Notes: generated by a model from the sequence alone, not told the origin. A stretch of 64,000 nt of DNA from Limisphaerales bacterium (GCA_044225505.1 JBGAIN010000022.1:1-64000), one strand, 5' to 3'. Positions 9,735-20,438 are shown, counted from the first letter of the stretch. Numbers and translations are program-made.

Positions 9735-9915
9735 TTATTTGCGAGCGCGGAAGTCGCCAGACCATTGGTCGACCCGACCCCAGACAGGCCGAGTGCATTT
9801 GGGATATCCTCGAACGGTTCTCCTAAGCGTGGTGAACACGTGCAGGTGCCCGTGAAGTGGAAGACGAGCTCGCCCCTGACGCTTAAGCTCGCTTGAATCG
9901 TGGGAGTCATTCCGA
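9735..9915 (-). pseudogene. Orphan, frameshifted remnant of the C-terminal 'FxRL' module
   Basis: 'TPTIQASLSVRGELVFHFTGT..SPRLGEPFEDIPNA…STNGLA' is followed by 'FRARK*' in a neighbouring frame; it resembles the C-termini ending at 35027 and 62645. Confidence 0.45.
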
Positions 9916-10115
9916 CGGGTAAAGGCAAAAGCGATTCCATGGCGCGTGGATTTATCTCTAATCCTGCCGCCGGTCCTGGCCGCGCCCCGAGCTCCATCTG
10001 GGGTCCCATGAGCCCGCAATTAGTATGGTGACCGCTACGGGTATGCGCCTCGCTCGCGCCTTGCGGGCGCGCAAAAACCCTCGCCGCGAAAGCTTACGGA
10101 TTAGGGGACCGCGCA

Positions 10116-10745
10116 CTACCGCCGCAATCGGAAGAAAAGTCCCGAACCCGAGGCGTGCAGGGTGACCTGATAATTGCTGCCCACGATCAAGGGGAGGGCA
10201 TTGAGCGCGGCCCAACCGTCCGAGAGGTGGCTTGTGCCTTCCAGCGAGTAGCCGACGCTCCCCTCCATCGGCCAGGAAAGGGAGATCTCCTTACCGCGGG
10301 TAACGATGGACAAACGAGGCGTGGACGGTTCATCTGTCACGCTCAAGGTCACCGTAAACGTATCCGCGAGGCTGCTTGGATCCCATGGCTTCTCGTAGGC
10401 GAGAGACAGGGTGGTTTTGCCCGGAGCGATTGCGAGCAAAGGGAAAAGATAGGTTCCCCCTCCACCGACGCCGCCGCCCGGGTTGGGTGTGTACGTGGGT
10501 GAGCCTGTAATCGAGACCGAGGAGCCGTTCGTGCTGCTCCAAACCCAGGCGTATCCGGTGGAGGGATTGCCTGGCAGTTGGAGGGCAATCGCTTGATGGA
10601 GGAGCACGGGCACCGTCTTGTCGCGATCCTGCTCGTTCAAGACGAGCGTGTCTGTTTGGGCGTGGCAGAGTGGCCTGGCCAACGCGAGGGTTGCCAAAAC
10701 AAGAACCACACGGCTCACGAACTTCGAACCTGGAACGCCCTGCAT
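10116..10745 (-). CDS. Secreted chagasin-family (I42) protease inhibitor with C-terminal 'FFRLRR' module
   Basis: Signal peptide, 'LPGNPSTGYAW', 'VGGGG' and 'LAYEKPW' I42 loops. Confidence 0.85.
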   Translation of the reverse strand: MQGVPGSKFVSRVVLVLATLALARPLCHAQTDTLVLNEQDRDKTVPVLLHQAIALQLPGNPSTGYAWVWSSTNGSSVSITGSPTYTPNPGGGVGGGGTYLFPLLAIAPGKTTLSLAYEKPWDPSSLADTFTVTLSVTDEPSTPRLSIVTRGKEISLSWPMEGSVGYSLEGTSHLSDGWAALNALPLIVGSNYQVTLHASGSGLFFRLRR

Positions 10746-11191
10746 AGAGCTCCAGTATGCGACATCGCCGAGCAGTGGCAATGGGATTCCGGAGAGCGTG
10801 GGGTGGCAATGGCGCTCTCGAAACAGGTTGAGGTACCGTGCGCGGACGGTGTCGTCAGACCTGCCGTAGCGCTGACATGCCAGCGACGACCTTCAACGTA
10901 ATTCAGGCTGCCCTTGCGAATGCACTTGGGCTACACAGGGCGTTCATCTCACGGCGATCGGAGCGTTCTATCCATTGAGCGGCAGGAAGTCGGATAGGCG
11001 AGTAAGCTTGTTCCTGTAAATGGACAAAAGTGGGCGATCTCAAGACACGATTGAAATACTTCTGGAGGGGTTTCGGTTTCAACGGGCTCGTTTCTTGGGG
11101 GCTATGAGATGAGGGATACGGCTGCTGGCGAGCAAATTGCTCCGGCTCGGCCGTGCCTGAGTTTACATCCTGTCTACTGCTTTTTTGGAGT

Positions 11192-14100
11192 ATGTCGACG
11201 CATCTAGTTTGCGCTCTGTCTCGCCGAGTTCGCAGTTTGTGGTGGCGGTTTTTTCACCGGGGCTACGGCAGCTTTAGAATCGCCCACAGCCGGTCGAGCA
11301 AAATATTGCCTCGCTTGGCAAGCCCCAGTTTGCGCTGTTTAAGCATGGGCTTGGCGCTTGGCTTCCTCGTCCTCGCGGCTCAACCCGTCGTTGTTGGCGC
11401 CACCCTTTATTATACCACTGGCAGTGCCACAGCTTCGTTGGATACGCTTGGTAGCATTGGCACCGACGGTTCTTCCCAGTCTACGTTAGCGAGTGGGAGC
11501 GGCAATTTTACTCAACCTATTGGCATTGCTGTGGACGGCCTGAATAGCCAGATCTATGTCGGCGATACGGTGGCTCCCGCGATTCTAAGGTATGACCTTA
11601 ATGGGAACAATCGCACCGTGATTCTAAGCAGCCCGGCGGGGAATGTGAATGGCTTGGCTCTCGATGTGGCCAACCAGAAGATCTATTACACGACGGGCAG
11701 CGGCACCGCATCGCTCGATACCCTGGCGGTCGTCAATTACAACGGCTCCGGACAGATTACGTTGGCCAGCGGCACCGGTGGAGCTGGTTCCCATTCCGGG
11801 ACGGCATTCGGCAATCCGCAAGGTATCGCTTTAGATCTCGTCAATCAGAAGATCTACGTGGCCGACGGCGCCACCCAAGCGGGCGGGGGACGGGCAGCAA
11901 GATCTGGCGGTTGACATGGATGGCGCAAAACGGCATGATTTGCAACTACGCTCGCGGGCGCGTTGGGCGTGGTTCCGGACGTCGCTCACCAAACGATTTA
12001 CTACGTCACAGGAGTGGAACCAGCAGTCTGGATACGTTCGGCAGCGCGAGCTACAACGCGGGCGGTGGGTCGGGCACAACTCCCTGCCTCGGGAAACTTC
12101 GCCCAGCCGTCTGCGATTACCCTGGATCTGGTCAATTTCTTTCGCTTACATCGCCGACGGCAACGGCGGAAACCAGATCCTTCGCTTTAATCTTGCAGGA
12201 AGCGGGCGCGCGCAAATTGGATCAACGAGCGCGGCAGCTTTGGGGATCGCATTGCCAAACGCTCCGGCTCCGGTTGTCAGCAATGTCAGTGCGTCGACCG
12301 CCAATGGGTCGTATCGCTCTGGCCAGTTGATTGCGATCACCGTCACTTTCGACCAGGCAGTGACGGTCAGCGGTACGCCCCGTCTCCAGCTCAATCCTGG
12401 CGGGATCGAAGTTCTTCGCCAATTACTCCTCCGGTAGCGGCGGGACAACGCTCACGTTCAACTACACTGTAGGAGCAGGCGATACGAGTGCGGACCTCGA
12501 TTACTCGTCAACTTCGGCTTTGACGCTTAACGCGGGCTCTATCGCTGGATCCGGAGGGAGTGCGACGCTGACGTTGCCGAGCCCCGGAGCGAGCGGCTCT
12601 TTAGGAGCCAGTAAGAACATTGTCATCGATACGACGGCTCCAACGCTCAGTATTGGTGCGCCTTCCACGAGTCGATGGACTGTGCCAGTAGCATCACGTT
12701 ATTGGCAAGTGACGGTGAACACGTCAGGTTCCGCGCAGGTTAACTCGATCTCCGTCAGCGGCAGCGGGAATACTGCACGGTGCAGCTGAGCCAGATTTCC
12801 ACGACGGTGGGCCTGCCCCTACCCGAGGCACCGTGGACAACACTGCCCCGATAGTCAGCATTGGTTTGCCCTCCACGAGTCTTGGACCGTGACCTGGACT
12901 GGTGCCAGTAGCATCACGTTATTGGCCAATCAAGTGACGGTGAACACGACGGGTTCCGCGCAGGTTAACTCGATCTCCGTCAGCGGCAGCGGAAATACCC
13001 GCACGGTGCAGCTGAGCCAGATTTCCGGAGACGGCACGGTGGGAATCTCTCTGCCCTCCGGCACCGCCACGGATACGGCGGGCAATTCCGCCAGCGGAGC
13101 CGGTCCGAGCTCAACGTGCACCGTGGACAACACGCCGCCTGCGGTGCAGTCGATGGTGCGTCAGAACCCGGCCGGAGCGGCCACCAGCGCTGGGAGTGTG
13201 ACGTTTCGTGCCACATTCAGCGAAGCGATCTCCGGACTGGACGCTGCCGATTTCGTTGTGACCGGGACGGCCAGTGGATCGATCGGATTGCCGTCGCTGG
13301 TGAGCCCTGGAGTCTATGACGTGACGGTCAGCTCGATCAGCGGCGTGGGATCGCTGAGACTCGACACCGTAAGCGCCGCGTCCATTACCGACGCAGCGGG
13401 CAATTCGATCAGCACCACCGCGTTCACTACAGGGGAGGCTTATACGATCGTGGGGCCGGTCAGTCAGTTCGCAGTGGACGTGTCGTCCGCGTCGACCACA
13501 GCGGGCGCAGCGCTGAACGTCACGGTCACTGCGAAAGATTCGTTCGGCAGCACGGTGACCGCTTATACGGGGACGGTGCATTTTACCAGCACGGATGGGT
13601 CAGCGACGTTGCCTAGCGACTACACATTTACCGGGGCGGATAACGGGTCCCATACGTTCAATAATGGCGTGACCTTCAAGACGGCTGGACTCCAGACCCT
13701 CACGGCGGCCGACACCGTCAGCGTTTCCCTGACCGGAACTTCCACGGGGGTCACTGTGAATCCGGACGTTGTGACGCAACTTGCGATAAGCTTGCCGGCC
13801 ACGGCTCAGATCAGCGCCGTGACGGCGACCGTCCAAGCCAAAGACGCTTACGGCAACATCAATCCGGCCTACACCGGAACGATTCACTTTACGAGCAGCG
13901 ACGGCGCGGCGACGTTGCCTAGCGACTACACCTTCACCGGGGCGGATAACGGCGCGCATACGTTCAGTGCCGGGGTGACTTTTGGCACGGACGGCAACCA
14001 AACCGTGACCGTGACCGACACCGTAACGGCGTCGATTACCGGCACATCCGGAACGGTGGCCGTCGATCGCAACCGCGTTCCCGTAACGACCAACGATTCG

Positions 14101-14589
14101 TTCACGCGTGGCGTGGGCGTGTTCAAGATGGCGATCAGCGTGTTGCTGAGCAACGATCATGATCCCGACAGCGATCCGCTCAGCTTGTCGCTTTTCGACA
14201 CCAGCACGACCGGGGGCGGGACCGTGAGCAGGGCTGGAGGGTTTCTCATTTTTACCCCGCTGTCCGGGAACACTTCGGATACGTTTACCTATACCGTGAG
14301 CGATGGCCATGGCGGCACGGCCGTGGCGACGGTGACCGTCACGCTGACCGGAGCTGACACCGGTCAGACGAAGAATATTCTTGGGGTGACGACGGACGGG
14401 GCTGACAAAGTCGTCGGATTTGCGGGCATTCCAGGCACAGATTACACCGTGCAGTACACCACCAGTCTTTCTGGAACGCCTGTCTGGACGGACTTGGTTG
14501 TGCGCACCGCCGGGGCGGACGGGTTGTTCAGTTACCGGGATGTGGCGCCAGCGGGTCCGGCGCGATTCTATCGAGCGATCGTTCCCTGA
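11192..14589 (+). pseudogene. Large surface protein (YWTD/NHL-like propeller, Ig-like repeats, cadherin-like domain, C-terminal 'FYRA' module) broken by several frameshifts; may be intact in vivo
   Basis: Fragments 11153-11914, 11916-12437, 12520-12789 and 12889-14589 join into one coherent protein ('IYYTTGSG..SLDTL' repeats, '[17 protein letters not shown]', 'NDHDPDSDPLSL…FTYTVSDGHGG'). Start is uncertain. Confidence 0.75.
12650..13030 (+). repeat. Degenerate tandem duplication of an Ig-like repeat unit
   Basis: 'gtgccagtagcatcacgttattgg…caggttaactcgatctccgtcagcggcagcgg…gtgcagctgagccagatttcc' occurs at about 12680-12800 and 12900-13026; the first copy is full of deletions. Confidence 0.8.
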
Positions 14590-14607
14590 ATCTGAAATAT
14601 CCACGCC

Positions 14608-15306
14608 ATGAGCACCATGAATCTAAAGCGTATCGTTAGCTGGGTGACGGGAATGGGAATTGGAGCGGTCGCGCTTCAAGGACAAATCACGTCGCAGAAT
14701 GACTTCACCGGGATTAACGCCGCCATCCCTGATGGGAATCTGTCTGGATGGGCCGATACCCGGGAGCTCAGCGGTTTGCCGGAGTCCATTCAAAGCGTCA
14801 CGGTGACCCTTGATTTGCAGGGGACAGACGCAGGTGCTTTTAACGGGGACTTTTACGCTTACCTATCTCACGGGGGCGGGATTGCTGTGCTGCTGAACCG
14901 GGTGGGAGTGACCGGGAGCAATCCCAACGGCTATGCGGACAACGGATTTAACAACGTCACGTTCAATGATGCAGCGTCTAACGGCGACGTGCATTTGTAT
15001 CAGGCACTGGTGACCCCAGCCAGCAACGGAGCGCTTACGGGCACCTGGGCACCAGATGGCCGAAACGCCAACCCGCTGACGGTCACGGACGCAACGTCGC
15101 GCACAGCAACCTTGAGCTCGCTCACGGGCTTGGACCCCAACGGAGGGTGGACACTGTTTATTGCGGACGTCAGTGGCGGGGGCACAGCGCAAATCAACGG
15201 TTGGTCCTTGAGCATCACTGCTGTGCCTGAGCCTGAGCCCTATGGTTTGGTGTTTGGAGCGTTGTTGGTTGGCGGCGCAGTCTGGCGCCGGCGCCGGGCG
15301 GCCTAA
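14608..15306 (+). CDS. PEP-CTERM sorted protein with proprotein-convertase P-like domain
   Basis: Signal peptide, 'IPDGNLSG', 'NGDFYAYLSH', 'PNGGWTLFIAD', then 'VPEP'-TM-'RRRR'. Confidence 0.92.
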   Translation: MSTMNLKRIVSWVTGMGIGAVALQGQITSQNDFTGINAAIPDGNLSGWADTRELSGLPESIQSVTVTLDLQGTDAGAFNGDFYAYLSHGGGIAVLLNRVGVTGSNPNGYADNGFNNVTFNDAASNGDVHLYQALVTPASNGALTGTWAPDGRNANPLTVTDATSRTATLSSLTGLDPNGGWTLFIADVSGGGTAQINGWSLSITAVPEPEPYGLVFGALLVGGAVWRRRRAA

Positions 15307-15415
15307 GTATCGAATGTCATCACGATGTCGCCGGATGGATCGGTCTGGGCGACAGCCCCATCTGGAACCGAGACCATCGCGGACGATGCTTGAACCAGGA
15401 CAGACACGGCGCGGT

Positions 15416-15431
15416 CATGACTAAAGTCATG
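15416..15431. promoter_or_regulatory. Palindrome CATGACT-AA-AGTCATG (candidate operator)
   Basis: 7-2-7 inverted repeat 33 bp upstream of ATG 15465; TGAC-N4-GTCA core. Confidence 0.5.
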
Positions 15432-15464
15432 GATCCGTGACACGCCGGCGATCAAGGTGGGCTC

Positions 15465-15746
15465 ATGCAACCCACTCGAATCACCGCTCGACTGCGATTG
15501 CTCCTCCTCGGCGCATCGTTGGCATTATCTTCAAACGCAGCGGAGCTAGCTCGACGGCAAGTTAGTTCTTCGTCAGCCGATGCGGGACAGATCCGGTTGG
15601 AACGTTTGCCCGACTCTCCGTGGCATGTGGAAAAAGTGGGGACGCGCGAGGTGGCGCTCCTGAATTTCAGCGGCCGACCGGCGCGCGTGACTCTGGCAGA
15701 TGGAAAGTCTCTCGAAATACCCTCTTACGACCTGGTTCTGGAGTAA
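15465..15746 (+). CDS. Small secreted hypothetical protein, possibly an internally deleted glycosidase remnant
   Basis: Signal peptide joined to 'ALLNFSGRPARVTL…LEIPSYDLVL', which resembles a glycoside-hydrolase C-terminal beta domain. Confidence 0.5.
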   Translation: MQPTRITARLRLLLLGASLALSSNAAELARRQVSSSSADAGQIRLERLPDSPWHVEKVGTREVALLNFSGRPARVTLADGKSLEIPSYDLVLE

Positions 15747-15836
15747 CCTGAGGACGGTCGTTCGAGCGGGTCACAGGGGAGTTCCGTAGCCATTGATTCG
15801 ACTTTTAACGGATTAATTTGAGAAGAGAAGCGCTGG

Positions 15837-18272
15837 TTGAGGTCTAAGCATCGTAACGTGAATGCGAACGACTCTCCTGCCGGCCACAAAACCACCTTGG
15901 ACAGAGCACGCGTGCCAATCGGCCCCGCGGTGATGGCTGGGCTCGTCGGTTGGGTGGCAATCTCCCTCGGATTCCTGGGGCTCAAAGTGTTGATGCAAGA
16001 GCGTCCGGAGTTTGTCGGCCAACCCATGCGGGTCACGAAGGCGGAACTGGTTCAAGACGCACCGCTCGTCGTTGTGCGGAAAGTCAGCGACGATATCTCC
16101 GTGATCAAACCGACGTCGCCGGAGACTTCGGACATCCGTTTCGATATGAAAGGGCGACGCGATTACCGTGGCTTGCGTACCATCATGGATATGTCCGGCG
16201 ACTTTCGGGCCACTTACATGCTCACCAACACATTTGCTGAACCGATCTTCGCGTTGTTCAAGTGCCCTCATCCGCGCAGCGAGAGTGTCGATGGCCAAGG
16301 TCTTCTCGCAGGCGAGTTGCGGTTGCAGACATCAGCGCCTGGGGAATCGGAAAATACGAAAGACGCCTGGTATTGGAGCGGGACGATCGAAGCCCACGGC
16401 TCGGCCGGGATCGAGATCTCCTATCAATGCGCTTCGCTAAAAGGAGTTTCCTATCGCATCGATGACCGCAGCGGCAATCAGATCCGGCACTTGAAAGTTG
16501 CGTTGCATCGCCAGGATCTCGACTCGATGCACTTCGAGAGCGGCGACGGATCCAGAGTGACTTCGGACGAAACGGTAATCTGGCAACGGCAAAACTTTCT
16601 GGCGCCAGATTTCTTTTCCGCGAGGATTGTGGAGAGCCGCAATTTGTTCTCCTCGCTGGCCCAACTGGTAGAGATCGGACCGCTCGTTTGTCTGCTTTTC
16701 TTGCTGACGGTGCTGGCGGTGGTTCTCACCAGGCAACCGCTCACCGCGATTCAAGCATTAACCATTGCGGCGGGCTATGCGATTTACTTTCCTCTCATCC
16801 TCTATCTTAGCGCCCGATTCTCGTTTACCGTGGCGTTGGTGATTGCGTTTGTGGTGCCGGGCTTGCTGCTGGTCAACTACGCGCGCTGGCTTTTGGGCAG
16901 CAAACTCGGATTGGTGGGCGGAATTGTTGTTCTGCTCCTCTTTCAGGTCTTTCCAACGTTAGCAGCGTTTGCCGGGTGGAACCGCGGAATGTTGCTCCTG
17001 TGTTTGGGCATCGTTACGTTGTGGGTCTTGATCAATCTCCAGAATCAAGCGCTCAAACGTCAAGCCGTCCTCGCCAGCCTCGCCGCATTATGCCATCTCC
17101 CTTCCAACGCACAAGGCGGCGAAGCTCAAGTGCTGCTCCCGATTGAATTTGCCAACCAGTTGCCGCAGTTGCGACGCGAACCGACGAACGCGCTCATCGC
17201 TTATCAAACCGCGCAGTATGGAGTCCGAGCCGAGGCCGGTTACTTCCTGGTCGATGCGACCGTGCAGTTCGAAATCATGAGAGCGGGAGAATCCCCCGTG
17301 CCTTTGTTCAGCGTTCCGGTGCACTTGCGTCAAGGCCAAATTGAATCTTCTAATCCTGATCTGGCGCGAGTCGTTATGGTTACGAACCGGATCGCTCTCT
17401 TTGCGCGCACGGTCGGGGCGGGCGGATTGCGAATTTCCTATCGCGTGCCGGTTGACCGTCGAGAAGGGAAACACCGTGTGCAGATCCCGCTGCTGGCAGG
17501 TCCTTCGGGTGAGGTGCGGCTCGAAGCGGGGCCCGCGGATCTGGAAGTTTTGACCGGGAGCGTTTGGACTAGGGCCGTTTCGGATAAGGCCAGCGTCTAT
17601 GAGATCGGCGTGGCTGGCGAGGAGTTGCTGGTCGTCCAATGGCGAGCTCCCGAGCTGAACGCGGGTCCCGGGCCGGCCGCAACGGCCGTGGGCGCTCAGG
17701 CTGTCTATGGCATTGGCCTCACGCGCGCCCAAAACCTAACCGTGATCAATTCCGACGGCAGCTGCATTCATTTCGCCGAATTCCAACTCTCTCCGTTTCA
17801 GACCGAAGAGTTCCGCTTACGTTTGCCTGCCAAAGCGCAGTTGATCTCCGTCTCTGTGGACGGCACGGAACTCAGCTCCCCGACGCTTGATGAGCAACTG
17901 TGTCGCATCCGGCTACCAGGCCGAGAGCCCGGACAGAAGGCGCATCAACTCTCGTTTCGAATCGCTTATCCTCCCGTGCGATTGGGGTTTGTCGGAGTTG
18001 CCGAACTCATGCTGCCGGAGGTTTTTCAGACCACTGGCACGTTGGAATGGGTGGTTTCCTTGCCTAACGGCTTCGTTGCTCAGGTAATCTCCAGCGGCTT
18101 GGAAACCCAGAAAGGCTTGGCTGACCTGGAGAAGTTCGGTGACTACGGGCGTATTTCAAAATCGCGCCCACACGTCTTCCTGGCCAAGGAGCTGGCACCC
18201 CCTAGTCTGATCAGCTTGAATCTCCGATATCGCCAGCTGGTGCCGGGATTAATGGAATCGCGGCCAGAGTAA
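15837..18272 (+). CDS. Membrane protein: CreD-like N-terminal half (soluble domain plus ~5-6 TM helices) fused to an unknown beta-rich C-terminal domain
   Basis: 811-aa ORF with an N-terminal TM, a soluble domain, a TM cluster ('YAIYFPLILYLS', 'LLVNYARWLLG') and a ~400-aa soluble tail. True start may be 15857 or 15932. Confidence 0.7.
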   Translation: MRSKHRNVNANDSPAGHKTTLDRARVPIGPAVMAGLVGWVAISLGFLGLKVLMQERPEFVGQPMRVTKAELVQDAPLVVVRKVSDDISVIKPTSPETSDIRFDMKGRRDYRGLRTIMDMSGDFRATYMLTNTFAEPIFALFKCPHPRSESVDGQGLLAGELRLQTSAPGESENTKDAWYWSGTIEAHGSAGIEISYQCASLKGVSYRIDDRSGNQIRHLKVALHRQDLDSMHFESGDGSRVTSDETVIWQRQNFLAPDFFSARIVESRNLFSSLAQLVEIGPLVCLLFLLTVLAVVLTRQPLTAIQALTIAAGYAIYFPLILYLSARFSFTVALVIAFVVPGLLLVNYARWLLGSKLGLVGGIVVLLLFQVFPTLAAFAGWNRGMLLLCLGIVTLWVLINLQNQALKRQAVLASLAALCHLPSNAQGGEAQVLLPIEFANQLPQLRREPTNALIAYQTAQYGVRAEAGYFLVDATVQFEIMRAGESPVPLFSVPVHLRQGQIESSNPDLARVVMVTNRIALFARTVGAGGLRISYRVPVDRREGKHRVQIPLLAGPSGEVRLEAGPADLEVLTGSVWTRAVSDKASVYEIGVAGEELLVVQWRAPELNAGPGPAATAVGAQAVYGIGLTRAQNLTVINSDGSCIHFAEFQLSPFQTEEFRLRLPAKAQLISVSVDGTELSSPTLDEQLCRIRLPGREPGQKAHQLSFRIAYPPVRLGFVGVAELMLPEVFQTTGTLEWVVSLPNGFVAQVISSGLETQKGLADLEKFGDYGRISKSRPHVFLAKELAPPSLISLNLRYRQLVPGLMESRPE

Positions 18273-18306
18273 GGATCGGCTTTGTGGGATAGCTGTTCCC
18301 GCGGCT

Positions 18307-18843
18307 TTATCCGCGGTTTACTTGCTCAAGATCGAGCAGGAAGCGCTTTCGGTCCAGTCCACCCGCGAATCCGCGCAAGCTGCCATCTTTGCCCACCACC
18401 CGGTGGCAGGGAACGATCAACGAGAGCGGGTTTCGACCCGTAGCCATCCCAACCGCGCGAATGGCCTGCGTTGCGCCGGTGCGTTGGGCCAGGTCGGAAT
18501 AAGTTAGCGTTTCGCCGAACGGAATGTCCGCGATCTCTCTCCAAACGCGCTCTTGAAACGCTGTTCCCGCGAATCGCCAGGGCAGCGAGAAGTGCTTTCT
18601 GGTGCGGTCGAAGTATTGCTGCAGCTCTGATTCTGTCTGGCGCAAGACAGGGTGATGCGGGGCCTGAATCCAGGCTTGGCTCGCATTCGGGACGTGATCG
18701 CACCCTCCGAAATAGAGCCCGATCAAATGCGAACTGTCCGCGACTATGTAAAGATCACCAATCGGGCTTTCGATGATTGAACAATTCGCCGCAGATTCGT
18801 TCCGGGTCGTCGCCATGAGAGGATAATATTCTTTCACATGCAT
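18307..18843 (-). CDS. ogt: Methylated-DNA--protein-cysteine methyltransferase
   Basis: 'GTAFQERVW', 'IPFGETLTY', 'RAVGMA.GRNP', active site 'VPCHRVVG'. Confidence 0.95.
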   Translation of the reverse strand: MHVKEYYPLMATTRNESAANCSIIESPIGDLYIVADSSHLIGLYFGGCDHVPNASQAWIQAPHHPVLRQTESELQQYFDRTRKHFSLPWRFAGTAFQERVWREIADIPFGETLTYSDLAQRTGATQAIRAVGMATGRNPLSLIVPCHRVVGKDGSLRGFAGGLDRKRFLLDLEQVNRG

Positions 18844-18959
18844 GGGCTCAAGGTAACTTCCAGGCGCCCGAATGCTCGCCGCTTTCGGTCACGGAATTAA
18901 ATAGATTTAGACGTCCGAAAATGGCGAGATTAGCCCGCGCGCGCGAGTATGTTACTCCA

Positions 18960-20438
18960 ATGACGCAGGATCCCAAGTCTCTTTACCGTGCCCTCCTGGC
19001 GCGTGACTCCCGTTTCGACGGGCTCTTCTTCGTCGGGGTGACTTCGACCGGGATTTATTGTCGACCGATCTGCCCGGTGAAACCGCCGAAGGAAACGAAT
19101 TGTCGCTTCTATCGCACGGCGCAGGAAGCGGAGTTGGCGAAGTTTCGCCCCTGCCTGCGCTGCCGCCCGGAGTTGGCGCCAGGCCTTGCGCCGGTCGATT
19201 CTGCGCAGAGGATCGCTCATTTCATCGTACAACAGATCGAAGAAGGCGTGAGCGCTGAGGAGAGTAACCTGGAGAACCTCTCGGCTGAGTGCGAGCTTAG
19301 CGCGCGTCAGATTCGGCGGATCATTCAGAAAGAGCTGGGTGTCCCCCCGATTCAACTGCTTTTGACGCGCCGTTTGCTGCTCGCGAAGCAGTTGCTCACC
19401 GAGACGTCGATGCCCGTGATTCAAATTGCGTTCGCGAGCGGGTTTGCGAGTCTCCGCCGTTTTAATGACGCGTTCGTGACGCGCTATGGGATGCCGCCCA
19501 CCCGTCTGCGCCAGCAGGGCGTGAACGATACCGCCTCCGACATTGGGTTAGGCAGTTCCTGCCTGCAGATTACCTACCGTCCGCCTTACGATTGGCCTGG
19601 CATGCTGGCATTCTTGAAAGCGCGCGCGCTCAAGGGCGTCGAATGGGTCACCGAAAGCTCTTACGCCCGCACCGTCCAGTTACGGGATTGTCGCGGCTGG
19701 ATCCAAGTCACGCCCATCTCCAAGAAGAATGCGGTGGCGCTCGAATTCTCCCATAGCCTCGCCCCTGTTTTGCCTGCACTTCTGAATCGGGTCCGGGCTT
19801 TGTTCGATTTGAACGCCCGGCCGGAAGTTATCTCGGGTCATTTCGTCCGGGACGAGATTTTGGGTCCCCTGGTCAAAGCCAACCTGGGGCTGAGAGTGCC
19901 TGGGGCCTTTCACGGCTTTGAAATCGGCCTGCGCGCCATCCTCGGCCAGCAAGTGACTGTCAAAGCGGCCACGACCTTGGCGGGCCGCCTCGTGGCGGCT
20001 TTGGGCGAGCCGATCACAACGCCGTTCTCGGAATTGACCCATCTCTCACCCGTGCCAGCCCAGCTCGCGAAGGCCGAGGTCGAGACACTTTCCCAACTCG
20101 GCATCCTGCGCGCCCGAAGCGAAACGATCCTGGGGCTCGCACGCGCGCATCTTTCCGGCAGCTTATCTTTGGACAAGAGCATCCCACACGACCCAGAGGT
20201 TACGATCGCGCGGTTGGTTGAACTGCCTGGCATCGGGCCGTGGACGGCGCATTATATAGCAATGCGCGCGTTCCGTTGGCCGGATGCCTTTCCGAAAGAG
20301 GATATCGGGGTGCGCCAAGCGCTCGGCCGCGTCAGCGCGAAAGCGGCCGAAGCGTTGTCCCAACGATGGCGGCCCTGGCGGAGTTACGCGGTGCTCCATC
20401 TTTGGCGCGCCCTCGAAAGCTCAATTCCCAATACCTAA
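18960..20438 (+). CDS. alkA: Ada Zn-binding/AraC regulator fused to AlkA 3-methyladenine glycosylase
   Basis: 'RDSRFDGLFFVGVTSTGIYCRPIC', 'FRPCLRCRP', AraC HTH 'GFASLRRFN', HhH 'LPGIGPWTAHY…D'. Confidence 0.95.
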   Translation: MTQDPKSLYRALLARDSRFDGLFFVGVTSTGIYCRPICPVKPPKETNCRFYRTAQEAELAKFRPCLRCRPELAPGLAPVDSAQRIAHFIVQQIEEGVSAEESNLENLSAECELSARQIRRIIQKELGVPPIQLLLTRRLLLAKQLLTETSMPVIQIAFASGFASLRRFNDAFVTRYGMPPTRLRQQGVNDTASDIGLGSSCLQITYRPPYDWPGMLAFLKARALKGVEWVTESSYARTVQLRDCRGWIQVTPISKKNAVALEFSHSLAPVLPALLNRVRALFDLNARPEVISGHFVRDEILGPLVKANLGLRVPGAFHGFEIGLRAILGQQVTVKAATTLAGRLVAALGEPITTPFSELTHLSPVPAQLAKAEVETLSQLGILRARSETILGLARAHLSGSLSLDKSIPHDPEVTIARLVELPGIGPWTAHYIAMRAFRWPDAFPKEDIGVRQALGRVSAKAAEALSQRWRPWRSYAVLHLWRALESSIPNT

